Positions 12,991 through 28,200 of a stretch of 64,000 nucleotides of DNA are shown here, piece after piece. The notes under the pieces are model-generated. The model had not been told where the DNA came from. It saw only the letters and a program-made list of their open reading frames with translations, and made no database searches. Both the position numbers and the translations under genes were made by a program. The first letter of the stretch is position 1; the number at the start of each line of letters is the position of its first letter. This DNA comes from Eledone cirrhosa (taxonomy: Eukaryota), in NCBI GenBank assembly GCA_964016885.1, contig OZ024740.1:302932001-302996000 (forward strand). The letters run 5' to 3'.

Positions 12991-15900
12991 TTTCCATTAT
13001 CATTATTGTTTTGGCTAAACTTTAGCATTTGATTTCCATCAAGTGTGATTCTATAATCTTTATAGTTTACTATATAGACAAAAACTCCCTTAGTAATGTA
13101 TTGTGAATCCAAACATTGTGGAATGAAAGTTGTAGCTAGTATTCTTCTCCTGCAATCTGTTATTATTCACAGCTCCTTCCTAATGTGCAGCACTATGTCA
13201 ATCCCTCATGTTTTTGTTTTGTTTTGTGTGTGAGTGTGACTGTGTGTGCATATGTGTGTATATATGTGAATGTGTGAGTGTGGGTGTGTCCGTGTGTGTG
13301 TGTGTGTGTAAATGTCTGTGTGAGAGAGTGAGTGATCTGTTTTTCTTTAATTAAATCCTACTAACTCTTTTATTATTTTACTTTTCGAAGAATTGATTTA
13401 TAACATTGGTTTCAAAATTCATCATAATTAATAAAGGAATTAAAATATATTACAATTACTTATGAAATTCCTATATTTTTGTCCACTATTGTTATAATTC
13501 TCACTGTTGTTCATCATTATTTTATTTTTTATTTTACTATTTTTATTACAATTTGTGTTTTATTCATTTTAATAGTTAACATTATCACCATCATTATATT
13601 TATCATCATAATCTGGTTACTATCATTAACTACTTTACAAATATTAACACTGCTATTATCTCTATAGATGTTTTTAATTGTACAAATAAGTGACATGTGT
13701 ATGCTATATGTCTATATTGCTTTATGTGATGTTTTCTTTAGCAATCATTTTATTTAAGTATTTTAATATCTAATCTGAAAGTATATAGTCCGATGATAAA
13801 TAAGAAAATCCTTCATTTGAAAGTGGGTTTTGATTATTTAGCCAATTGTGATAATCTTTTTCTTAACTATTACAGTTTCTGTTGTAAAAGAACTGCCATA
13901 ATTCATCTTCTTCACATTTTGATTTTAAAAAAATATATAATAGAGACATAATATTTGGATATATTATATACATATTCAAATATATATATATTTAAGCCAT
14001 ATATCTAAAAAATAATTTTCTTTCTTTCTTTTGATATAAAAAAAATGAAGCAAATGGATACTGCTAGTTTTTGGAGCTTGTTCATCTCAGACATCTTGAA
14101 GACTTTGGTTACAATTTTTTTTTTTTTTCAATGAAATGAATCAACGGCTTCTTTTTTTTTTATTGCATATTTTTTATTCTTTGAACAGCATTGGTTCATG
14201 CTGTTTGCCAGATCATCCCTTCTGATTCTTCTAAACAACAACTGGGCAAGCAGATAGTCTATATTACTCATATATATATTTTTACCATGTATCATTCATT
14301 TTTTTTGCTACAACTATTTAAAATGTATTTTAATTATGGGGTATAGGGGTTATAATTTTAGAGTTTTAAACTTATATTCAATCAAATTTGAAAACTAAAG
14401 ATTTTGAGGATTAAACTCTATTCATCAGTTATTTGTTATTATATTTTGAAAAAGGATACATATAAAAATATAAAACCAAAATTTAAAATTTATACTGTAA
14501 ATACTAATCTATTAAATTATTGCTAGGTTCAAAGATAAAATTCTTAGTCTTTAATTGTCCTCTAAATAAACGTATTCAAATATACTTAACATTTGGTATT
14601 CTAGTGTCTCTAGAATATTTTTAGCGTATATATTTCTAAATATTGCCATATTTATACAGACAATACTCAATATAGAAATAGATATGTAATGATAAACTAA
14701 ATATTATCATTTCATATAAAACAAATTGCGAGTTTCAATATATGTGAAATAAATTTAGTATGTAAATTAATGTTGTTTTATAAATATATTGTAATATCTA
14801 AACTAACTATAAATGATGATTGCGCATCATACATACCTATGATAGTAAGTAATTCTAAGTTATAAAATTTCTCAAAATATTATCTTATCTTTTGCATAAT
14901 GAAAGTCCAAATACCTGGTTCTAAACTACTTTCATTTTCTCTCTATCGAATTTCCCTATACTTCCCATATATATATATATATATATATAATGTATATGTA
15001 TATATATATATATATATGTGTGTATGTATTAACATATGGATATGTATGTACATGTGTGCATGCATAGATATCTATATATACGTATATGTATATATATTTG
15101 TATGTATGAGAGTACATATATGCTTGTATGTAAATATATGTATATGTATGGACTTATGGATATACACATATATATATATATTTATATATATATATATGTA
15201 TATATATATAGGTAGCTAAAATCCCGACCACGGCACCAAGTGTCAGGTTTTTACCTATCTTTATACCTACTCTGCATCTCCCCATGCATTGAGTACTCCC
15301 ATGATTAATAGTCTTCTCGGTATCAGCACTGCAGACTCTCTCTCTCTCCCTCTCTCCATATATGTATATATATATATATATATATACGGGGGATGTTAAA
15401 TTACTGGAGGGAGTGAGATGATGTTGAGATGGCTATCATCTGATAAGATGAAGTTATCACCATATATATACATATATATGTGTGTGGGGGGTGGGGGGTT
15501 GTGTGTATGTGTGTGTGATTGTGTGTGTTTGTATGTGTGTATGTATAAAGTGTATATATATGTGTGTGTGTGTGTATAAAAAGAATTTGTTTAAATATAA
15601 TTAGTTTAAGTAATTACTGAGATGATACAGTTTAAATATTTTACATATTGTACAAGGTTGTACGAGGTGCAGCATTAAAAGATAACTTAAATACAAGAAA
15701 GCATAAACTATTCCAATATGAAACATAGATGCATGACAAAAAATAAATCAAATGTTAATTTTCTGTGTACAAAATTATGTAAACTATTGTACTGGAAAAG
15801 AAGTCTATTAGATAGATAATTTTTTGTAATATTGGCAGCTAAAATGGTTATCCATATTAGCAAAATAATTAGTTATATGTGCAGATCACTAAAGTACATT

Positions 15901-17272
15901 AAGCTTGTTTGTATTGGTATACAAATGCATTTCATGTTGATTTTCAATTCATACCATATAAATGTGTAATTTATATTGTATGTATGCTTTGCATAAGGCA
16001 CTCCAATTTTTGGCATGAGTACCAAGCTGCATCTAATATAAGACCAAACATCCCTCAGTGTACTTAAAATTGATAATGAATAATTGATAAACTGATAGGC
16101 TGCTTAAATAACTTTGTTAAATGTCCACATTTTCCATGGAAAGTAAACATGTCAAAACAAAAAGCAAATTGATGTCAAAACACAAAACTAAACAACAGAA
16201 AATTTCACAAAAATGTAACAAAATATAGAACTCCTCTAGATATTAACATTTTTAGACAACAAACAAATATAAATTCATCAAGCTAGAAATATTTCTATTT
16301 GGATTTATTATACTTTGTTTAGTATTTATTGCTAGAAACCTCCTATTAAGGCCCTTAAGAGCATGCAAACATTTTTAGCGTGAATTTACAACATAAATAT
16401 CTAAATAATAATGCAGATTTCTTTCTCAATTACTTTTAAATTGTTGATTTAAAATTTAACTCTCTTCTAAGTAATGGAATATATTTTATATCTTTCAAAA
16501 TTAAAAGAATAATCAGCAAATTTATATAGTCAGTTTATAGAAAAAATTACAATATTAACACTTTATTTATATATCAATTCCTCCAAATTTTTACAGACAT
16601 GTTTGATTAGTGTCCAATGATGTTTATTCCAAATTGTTTCATTTTCATAGAAAACCTAAATAAATATGGTGGAAATTATCCACAATTTCTCCTACAAATT
16701 ATTAACATAGAAAAGAAATATTTAACAGATATGAAACATATTATGTGGTCGTCTATGTTTTACGTATTTAGGATTCTAAGAAAATTTTGAGTGTATACAA
16801 CAACAGGAACTTCAACAAAATATGAATGTATCCATCTTTTTTTCTTGAAGAATGATTTTACCAGTTTCATTAGTGATTTAAATATTTTATATGCTTTCAG
16901 AATTATTGATATTATTTTTAGTTTTACTATTTGTGAGACAATCTTTAAAAAGTTTGTAGTTTTAGTTGAAATTACGATGTATTTCTAGAACGTGCATAAT
17001 GTTATTTTGGGTGTGTGGCTGGGCTGGAAAATTTTAATCTGTTAACATTGTAATTATTCTGAATCCGTTTCTAATAAACAGATTATTTATAAAATATACA
17101 TTATGAAGACAACTCCCTATTATAATCTACACTGAAGAATTAAATTATGTTCTCAGTATTAGAATCTCATTCAAACACGCATAAATATACACTCGCTTTT
17201 CTGCCTTTGTCTCTCTCTCGCTCTCTTATCCCTTTATCTATTTCTCTCTTTCTCACCTTTTCTCTCTCTCCC

Positions 17273-17299
17273 ACACACACACACACACGCACACGCACG

Positions 17300-17394
<95 letters not shown>
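17273..17394. repeat. (CA)n microsatellite
   Basis: Read directly from the sequence. Confidence 0.97.
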
Positions 17395-17396
<2 letters not shown>

Positions 17397-20300
17397 CCTC
17401 TACATCTCATATACAATTTAATATCTTTGGTACATTATTGCATAAAACATGCATTCAAAGGAATATACAAGTGCAATAATACAAATATACTATGAGAAAA
17501 AATGAATTCCTTTGGATATTTATTTATAGAAACTATGGAATTTATGTAAGAAAATTCCATGAATTATACAAATAAAATAAAATATCATGTCTTGAATATG
17601 CCTACACTAGCCAAATAATGTGATTCACTTTTTTATCCAAAATATTTTACTCAACCAACTTTTATTATCTGTTTTACTTACAACCATTCTCTATCAATGA
17701 AAGTATTTATAATTAAAACATGTTACTACCAATCTAGAATTAGCTGCTCCCATACAAAGGTCAACAGTTAGAAAATATAATTAGATTTCAGCTCTAATAT
17801 CATCAGTGTGCAACATTTTCCAATGAAATTGTCTCCAGTGTTATACATCAATTCATATTGTCATAAGTGTCCGACATGCATGCATTATTCATTTGTTGCT
17901 CATGCGCATTTCAAATGGACTATCTCCCATCTAATTACATATATATATATACATATGCATGTGTATAATAATTCATATATTTATATATATTTAAATATAT
18001 ATACATTGCTATGTATATATATTTATATATATTTAATATAATTTACAAATGCATGGACATATGTATATATACATGTATGTAAATACATATAAACCATATA
18101 TTCATATCTAATTATCCTTTTGTTTTGCATTTGGATGCCTTATCTTTTTTCTCTGTGTGTCTATCATTTCCTTTTTGCATATGAATGCGATTATTTTTCA
18201 AGTTCTGTTTGACCATTTATATAGACCTTGAATTCATTTCTTTCTAAACACTACTCACCGTCATTCGACAAATCTTTCTCGCAGGCTTTCACTCTCTTTC
18301 TAGTTTACTTTCTATCTCTTTCTTTCTTTATCTTTATTTATGTGTGTATGCATATTCACACATACACACACATGCATACACACACTCACAGATACACATA
18401 TAAACACTTTTCTGTCATTTACATTGTTCCTGACATTGTTTCTGACTCTTTCTTCAAACCCTATAAAACTCTAGTTCTTTCTCCTCTACTGTAACTGTAT
18501 GCACACATTTATAAAATCACCTGTATTTGATTATACTGCACAGCTTCCGAAGGATAGAGGGTTGTTCGTTGTAAGTAACTACAAATTAAGTGGCATGTGA
18601 ATGATAAACCATAAGCATGAATTGCAAATGCTAGCTAGACATTGGGAAACTGTTCTTGTTATATACATATATCCTTTCAATATTTTACTCCTTTATCTGT
18701 CTTCTGTGTATGTGCATACCTTTCTGCCTGGAATACTGAAATGCCTAGCTGTTATGTTAGTCAGCAGTGGCTGCTTGTGTGCAATCCTGTAATATGATTG
18801 GTTGTTTGTTAGGCTCATGTTTGTGCTAGTTTTGATCTGACTTCATTTTATATTTGGGACATGCATATTTATATATCAATATATATCTTTCTTTTTTTCC
18901 TGCCTTGTTAAATATGCATGCTTGACAGGTATAGATTTGGTTTGATTAAGAAATAACATATAACAATACATCAGGCCCTTTGATATCACTGACAGACAAT
19001 AAAAACGTTGTTCACACACACATTCAACACATATATATATATATGCATACATATATGAATATAATCATATAAAACATTCTTTTTTTATATCAAACAAAAG
19101 TTATTAACATACTATTGCATATACATTCATATAAAGAAGCCTAAGCCTTATATATAGTGTAGAAATACTGGTTGGAGTTGTCTTGAAATCTGTCAGATTA
19201 GCTCTCATTTTGATATGGTATTTCAGATATATTTGACCTTTAGTCAGTGTTGTACAACTTACAGTATTGCAACAATGTAATGAGATAGCATTAGTAAATG
19301 AGATCTCAATAGTATCATATGAAGGAGAGTGAAATATGTTAATTATATAGGTAAGTATAGGTAAAACGGTGTGATAACTACAGGAATTAAAAGATAAATG
19401 CCAAATAGAAATAATAAATGTACAGCATACCAACAATAGTTGCATACCAAAACAATTTCTCAACGATATCATAGCTCATTTATACAATACAATATTTTTT
19501 CATTTTTTATTTTAAATCTTATTAGGGAAAAGTTTTCATAACTGTGCTTTATCCTTTCAAAAGATGTTACTCATATCTTGCACAAAGACACACATACATG
19601 CACATATGCGCGCGCTTGCTTACATACAAACACATTAGCACACAAACACACACATACAACCCTACAACCTGTGATATGATGCAAAAAGCACCAGTTTTAA
19701 CCGTTTTTGATGGTGTTTAATTGACCTTATTATTTCATGTAAAATTTAAAATAAATTATTTGAAACTTAGTAAGGGAACAAGTTCATAGCATTTGTTTTT
19801 CATTGTTCAATAGTGGTGAGATATATTTCAATAGATAATTAGTATGTTTTGAAAATATATCTAAAATTAGAATTTTTACTGTTACTTACTGGAAAATTCA
19901 GATTATCTAACCATTAAGGTTTTTGTTACTTATGGAGATGTAAAATCAAATTAAGCCACAAATAATCATAGTACTGAGGAAAACAGATACTTGCAGCAAA
20001 AGATGGTACGATCAACTTGGATGAAAGGAGAATGTAAGTATGTGAATGTGTGTGTCAGTCTGATTATTATGTTTCTCTTGGTTAGATCTATGGTATTAGA
20101 CGAATGTAGCCTTTTCATGATGAAATTTTTATATGGATAGTATGTAAAATAGAGTAGCATATATACACATGGCAATATATTATATTTATCTGTACTCATG
20201 CAAACGTTCACATATATGCTGAGAAAGAAAAAAATATGAATGTACATACATGTATACATACATAAATACATACATGTATTTATGTACAATATGTAACATG

Positions 20301-21779
20301 TGGGATACATTTCCCTCATAATATTTCTCCTACACTGGGCACAATATGCTCTAAATTATTTGTATAGCTAACAAGTCTTATGGCACCAATCTTAGAATGA
20401 CAAAAATGCTCTTTAGATATATACTATGTTACTTCCTCGTTTGCATTATGATATTATTTGAAACAACTAGTTTTATCTATATCTTCATTTCTCCTCGTTT
20501 ATATAGTATTTTCATGTGATCTTTTTTTAACTAATTATGAGTTTTGTATATATAATCATTATTATTTGACTTTCTAAAACACTTAAATTAGGTTTTAATA
20601 TATTTATTTCAGTAAAAGTGAAATCCTACTATTGTTCAAAATTATCATCATTGTTGTCCTTACTATTTTTTGTGTTTATTGACATTTCCTAAAATATATT
20701 ACTTCTAAAATAAACAAAAGGGTGGTGAGCAAAATATATGAAATACTAAGAGACATTAAAAGTGTTTTTTTAATCATCTAATGCCAGTAATTAGTATCAT
20801 CTTCATTATGACTATATTTTTTATTGATGTTTTTTTACCTTTTGTTTCATTGCTCTTTCCATAATCTCCCTATTCATGCTCAGCTAGAGAGTAGTACTTT
20901 GTCCATTGTATGTAGATAAGAATTCGCATATCTTCAGCCAAGTAGCTAATTACATTATCAACTCAAGCTTTGAAACTTGTCTGGTATATAATTTAAATAT
21001 GAACATGGAATTTCTATAGTTTAAAGGATCAACTTATTCTTTTGTATTTTGGCATATAAAATTACAATATTTGCATTTTCCATTAATAATCCATACTTTA
21101 TTGTTAAACCAAGTAAACATTCTATATACTAATATATACAGATTTCTTTTGCATCTTCACTAGCTCACCTCTATATTCAAGATATATTCTGGAGACTTTT
21201 AAATTCATATTGTAATATTTCCATACTTTTTCTTTATATAAAAATATTGTCAATATATCTAATTAAAAGTTTCATTCAATTTTTAAAATATTAATGAATA
21301 GTGTGCAATCAAACATGTTTAATCATTGCTTTTTTAAAAGCAACATTTAAACCAGATTAATTATAAACATTAGAATTTAGTTACAAAATTTACATACATA
21401 TGATCAAATACCAGTTTAGGTTTTTTTCCATTATTTACTCATGTTTCTCAGAACTTTGTGATAGAACAATATGTCATGACTAATTAAGAAGGGATTTACT
21501 GCTGAAGGTTGCACAATCTTACCAAATAGATATTTATTTAATTTTGTATATCTTTAGATTCATTTGGGGCTTTACAACTTTGAATTTGATGGGTTGATAT
21601 AAGTTGACTACTTTAAGAACTATACATCTATTGTATTACTTACCAACAAGGACAAACAATAAATCAGTCTAAATAATTTATAGTGTTCAATTTGTTGAAA
21701 TCAAATCCTACTCAGGCTTATTTTTCCTTTCATTTCACTAGTCAGTGGAATAAATGCCAGTAATATTCAAGTGATTTTA

Positions 21780-21947
21780 ATAACTTCATCATCATCATTT
21801 AACATCGGTTCTTCCTGATAACATAGGTTGGACAGGTCATCACAAACCAATTTAGTATCTAATCAGTGCTGCTGACCTCCTCTCAAATGGGATAGGAGCT
21901 ACTTCTTGCTTACAAAGAATCCCTCACTCACTTTATCCCTCTCTATC

Positions 21948-21978
<31 letters not shown>

Positions 21979-22510
21979 CTTTCTGTACAGAGTGCCCCAC
22001 ATGCCTTTTCATGGTTCCAGTACTAGGAGTGTTGCTATGTCTCTGATGCAAGTGAAAACTCCTCTTGACCCTTTAGCATGTTTCTACTGATGGATGCTCT
22101 TTCTATCACCAACCATATTGCAGGGTGTTCTCAGCACGTTTTATAAACGGCACCCACACTAGAGAGATTGGCAGCCATTGAATCAACTGAAGAGACCTCC
22201 CTACCCTATGTCATGGATAAGAATGGTTGGAGGATGACAAGTATAATGTCATGGGTGTGTCATGTATGCATGATAAGTGATGAAAGGAAGAGAAGTAATG
22301 GTAAGAACAGCTTCTAATGAGTTATGACTAGTGCTTTAGGATTTAAATGGAATGGGAGTGGTCCTGGATAGAGTTGTGGTGAGGTAGGTGTGGTGGGGAT
22401 AGTTACTTTTGGAGGATTGTGCATGTGGGCTGGTAGGCAGGCCTTCTTCTGTGCAGCATGTCGACAGACCTTGCATTCCTTTGTCACTTCTGTCACAAGT
22501 CCCATCTACT
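21780..22510. mobile_element. decayed interspersed repeat(s), LINE/SINE-tail-like
   Basis: GC-richer block containing TTTAACATC..GGTTGGACAGG and TTTCTAC..TGGATGCTCTTTCT..CCAACCA. The family cannot be resolved. Confidence 0.35.
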
Positions 22511-22624
22511 GAGATTTCTCTACACTTCTTTACAGAACTTGAATCAAATAATAATATAGTTTTAAATTTTATTCCCTTATTGTTATTATTGATTTCAAGA
22601 AATAAATTAAAGTGTCATTTATTC

Positions 22625-22768
<144 letters not shown>

Positions 22769-23785
22769 GAATGAATGACACTTTACAGTTGCTTGTTATC
22801 TTTGTATAATTTCAACCCAGTTTCTCTAAGCATAGAGGCTTCATACCTAGGTTTTTACTTAGAATGACAATTGAGAATAACTAGGCTTATATACTGCAAT
22901 ATAGTATTCATGTAAGTTAGTTCTCTTGGCAAATAAATACATTAAAACGAAAATGGATTCTATCTCAAATCTCTTTATTAGAAATACAGATAGAAATTTA
23001 TATTATTTATACCCTGGATCTAAAGCTATACTTCTCTTCATTTCAAGAATACTTCTCTTCATTTCAAAACATTTTTCTGAAAGAAATATTTTCTCTCACT
23101 TGGAAAATTGTCTTATTCTTTGTTAAGTTCTTATGAAGTAATAATGACGAATTTCCAATACATTTTCACCTTATGGGCATTAAACATATTATATTATTAA
23201 ACATATTATTAATGCATTTAAACATATTATACAGTTTAGCTGAAAGTTTAAATGCTCAATTATAGTGCTACAGTATATATAACTTTTCATTTATTCTAAG
23301 ATTAAGTAAATTTGATGCAGTCATTTAGATCTTTTTAGTAAATTCTTACATAACATCATCTTAGTTAATTTTTATTTTAATCAGACGAACTGAGCTTGGA
23401 CTACTGTAGGTAGATAACTATATGAAAATGTGATTAGAGTGGTTAGAGGTGGAATTTTAAAGGGCCATATTTTTGGAAAGGAAAGACTGGGAAAGCATTT
23501 AGTGTAAGGTCACAGAAGTGATACATAACAAGGATGTAGAGAGAAGGAAAGGCTTGTTCATTTTTAAAATGTCTACTATATTTAGCAATTTGTAATTATC
23601 AAGAAAGACATTAATAATTTGTAATAAATGTGATTAATTTTTGTCAATTATAAGATTAACTTTCGTGATTGCATTGTTTGTTCTGTTGGAATTTCCCTAG
23701 GCAGATCTAATTAAGTTTTATTGCACTTATGTCCTCTAAATAGATATTTCATCCAGGGTTCCCTTTATGGGGAATGAATACAATA

Positions 23786-23880
<95 letters not shown>

Positions 23881-25057
23881 GCATGTATATATATATATAT
23901 ATGTATATTTCTGTAACAATATTTTTGTAACAATCTTGTTTCTCCTCATCTTGTTTTTTTTCTTCCATTTCTTCAAAGTACATTATCATGAAGTAATAGC
24001 AAAAGTACCGACCAAACATCCACATTTCCATCATTGAAAATCCTCACTATACCTTCCAATAAGGAATAAAATATCTGACAAGGTTTACAATAGTAAAATA
24101 CAAGGGAAGAAAATTCACCAACATTTACATATAAGTTGAAACTATATCCAAGCTCTTGCTTTTCTATTCCTAATATCTAATGTACATTTGTTTATAGAAA
24201 TTATATTTGGTAAAGATTGCATTGCTACTTTTCAAGAATTATTTTCCTTACAAGAGAATAAGGTGTTCGTATTTATATAGATTTCAATTTGTGTATACTG
24301 TCTTTGCAACTTGCAAGTTTATATTGTCTACATTATGTTTAGTTTTCATTCTTGAGCCAGATATTGAATTTATGATTGAATGGGCTATTATCTGATTTTT
24401 AAACAGGTGTTACATATAAGAGTGATTGAGTATTTCCAGTTATATTTCAGTTCAGTAAGATGTTAGCCTTCTCTGTTTATCCAGTTCTATTTTTCTAGCA
24501 ATGTTTCATTAATTACAAATCCTACTTATTTTGATAAAGTGCTAGTGCAGTCTATATATAAATATTTGCAAACATGGCAGCTTCTAGTTAAAATAACTGT
24601 CATTTATGTACACTAAATCACCTAATGTTTTGCTATCATATCACTAAATATCATATTCATTGTCTGTAGTTGTTCATAAGAATGATTAATATAATGGGCA
24701 ATAAAATGTTGACCTCTTGTACACCATGAGTCTTTCCTTTAATTGTATCTCCTTCACTATTTTCTTTTTTCAAATATACTTTGTTATAATGATACAAGAT
24801 TTTCGGCCTCTGAATAATATCAAACGTTGTTTTGTTATATCAATTTAAAACGAAATGAGACATTATTCAGGATAGTTATATGAAACGAAATCTTATTGAA
24901 AATACATGACCTCAATACAAGGATTAATTTCATTCTCATCTCTCCGTCTTCCAACAAAATCTTTTTCATGTCTAAGTAATTTAATTTGAATAATAAATTG
25001 AATAAAAAATCAAATATTATTTGATACAATCAATGCAGTGAATTGACAGTCATTAGA

Positions 25058-25250
25058 GTGTCAAACAAATGCATAGCCATATTTATTTGGGTCTCTGCAT
25101 ATTGAGATTAAATCCCACCAGGGCCAACTTTGCTTTTCATCCTTCCAGGGTCAATAAAATAAAAGACCAATCACATATTGGGATCGATATAATCGATTTT
25201 CTTTTCCTCAAAAGCATAAGACATTTTGCCTAAATCAGAAACTATTATTT
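25058..25250 (+). mobile_element. short SINE (same family, decayed)
   Basis: AAATCCCACCAGGGCCAACTTTGCTTTTCATCCTTCCAGGGTCAATAAAATAAA. Confidence 0.65.
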
Positions 25251-28200
25251 GATATACCCTAATCCTATTAAATAATTTTAAATGTCTTATCTTATTTTTT
25301 TATCATAATTTCCACAATTTAATGCATCTATCAATAATTAATAACCCGGGTAAATGCAGCACTTGAATTATGTTGTAATAGTCACTCAGACCAGCAAATT
25401 CGTTTTGATCATCATGACTATTGTCAGTATTACTCCTGATAAAACTTGGTATACAACGTTAAACGTTTGTAGGGTTATCCTAGTTTACATAAACTTGCCA
25501 TTAAGAGAAATTCATTACGTCTATGCCTAAACATAATGATTTACTGTAACTTTAAATTGATAAGGGGGTGTTTTATTAAAGTCTAGTTTGTAATGTTAAT
25601 TTCCATCACGGAATATCATTAGAAAAGTTTTTCGGCTTTACTCTCGTTTTGTATGAGAGACCATGTTGATCTGAATTAATTAAAATATAGTTTTAGAAAT
25701 GTTTCATTTTCAATTATTATTTGGCTGAAACGACTGCTCATTAAAGTTTACATTAATATTTACCACGATATTTTCTAGTTCATATTTTATATTACTATTT
25801 TTTTTTTAATTCTGGTTTCAACTTGTGTATGCTGTATAAAATATCTGCTTCGGATTTCTATATTTATATGATAAAATGCAACAGATATAGAATGGAATTT
25901 ACAAATATAAGGAAGTTCAATATTATCAAGGCTGAAAAATTACAAAGACATTGTCTAAGATGGTATTTTATTTTGTACATATTTTTACCTCTTTTTAATT
26001 AAAATACACAAAATATCGTACTTATGAAGTTTAGTGATGTTGTGTAACAGAGCTTATCTTATGCTTTAAAACGCAGACATCCCAAAATCTGAATTTCTAA
26101 TGATTTTCAGATAAATAAATATAATATTACTGTTGTAAGCTAGGTAAGAATAAAATCTAAATCAGTAATATATTTACTAAGAATAAACTAACCACAATAT
26201 AAACAATAATTGAATTATCAAGACACGTTTTCTCAATGACAATTACCCGTGAAAATACTAATTACTTGAGAAGCCAGCATTTACGAAGAGAACAAGCGCC
26301 ATAAACCTGAACAGGGACTATTTTTTTTAAATTATGTCATTTCTTTTTTTCTTCTTTTTATGTAATATATATGATAAATAATGCAGCTCCCAAACAGAGA
26401 AAATTAACACTCCAAACGTAAAGAATCCAGTTTATCAACATAAAACATTTGTCTGGAACTAAAAGAATTATGTGAGTTTAATTCCAACTTGGTTTACACT
26501 CACAAATTATTCATTCTCAAACAACTATTTTTATGAATGCTTTTATCTAAAGATTTGCGATGTATGCAGATGTGTGTGCAGATGTGTGTGCATGCAGGTA
26601 TATTTAAGTATGAGTTTTAAATGTTACTGCCAACAAAATAGTGTCATAATTTGAGTTTTAAAATCTAAATTTGTACTTATTGAAGTGTTAAGAGGTTGAT
26701 AATAATAGTTCTCCTTTATTACTCATTAATTTACTACATCAGTATCTATTCCCATCACAATTTTACTTGTTATCATATAGTTAATTTCATCCTAATTATT
26801 ATAGAAAAGACATTGAATCTAAACCCAATGGTACGGAGATTGATTAGTTATATTATTCTGCTCAGTGCTCTATTGTCCTGTGTTCAATTCCAGTCAGAGC
26901 CATCATTGCCTTTCATCCCACTATGACCAATAAAAGTATGAGTAATGTAATTGAGTAAATTCTTTCAGTTATATCCTTCTGCCATAAAATTTTGCCGAAT
27001 GAAAAGAATTCACTTTTATTATTATTCTATATTTCATTCACACACGAACATTTTTTTATATTGTTATATATATCACTAATGAGTGGGACCCACCACGTAC
27101 ACCGATCACAGGTGGAACCAATAAAATTGTATATGAATCTTACCGTTTTCACAATAATCTTTTGACAATTAACATTTTTTATAATTTTTATATATAGATA
27201 CCTCTGTTGCAAAATAATTTGATGATATTCTTCATTTTGTCTTTTGGATTTATCAACGTTTCATCAATAACATATATCATCTAATTTCCCGGGAATTCAT
27301 AAATATATTTACACAATACTCACATACTTAGAATTTACACTATCAAAATTTCAATATATGTGTTTTCGTGATTGACATAATAAATACTTCATAAAGAAAA
27401 TCTGATAGATTGTATAAATTTATTTATATGTTTGTAAACACTGACCATATCAAGCTTTATATTAGAACAGTCTTTGTTCACAAATGGCCTATACTAATTA
27501 TATAATAACAATATACTTATATTTACAAGTATTAATGCAACTGGACTGTGCCATAGTTAGATATTCCTTCTATAGGATATAACGTGTTTCATAGAAGAAA
27601 AGTGGCAAAGATGTTATACTATGCAACCAAGTAGGGTGTCAATAAGGTCAGAAAAAGTATACAAAATAGTAACCATAATAATTGAAACGATTAATACATA
27701 TATACGTTTGTGCCTGTTCTTTTATATATATGTGGGGGGGGGGGGGGGATTCTGGGGTTGGAAAACTGAAAGTATCAATAACGTAGGGAGTGCAACAAGG
27801 CAGAGTAGGGCTAGTGATGAAGAGGAGTTTAGCTAGTCAAAATGGGTTTTTCCTCAGGTAGTAAGATGTACAGGTTTCAGTGTGTAGAGGATGGAAGTGT
27901 TTTTGTTTTTGTTTGGTGATCTATGCGCAATGTATATAATGAAGGAAAACACTGGTATAGAGTATAGGTGCAAATAGTGGCAAGGAAGTAGAGTTTCTTT
28001 TTTTCTTTGGAGGGAATGGTGGGATGCTAATGTAGGATGCGAGTGTTTTATTCTAACTCAGATATAAAATTCTTAGGCAACCAAGTATTGAATGTTTACC
28101 AGCATTTTAAGCTTCAAAGTTTTGGGTTGGTTCGTAGTTGAAGTAGGATTTACAAATTCGGTGTTTTTAGTTAAAAAATAATCTTGTATTTCTTTTTGAA

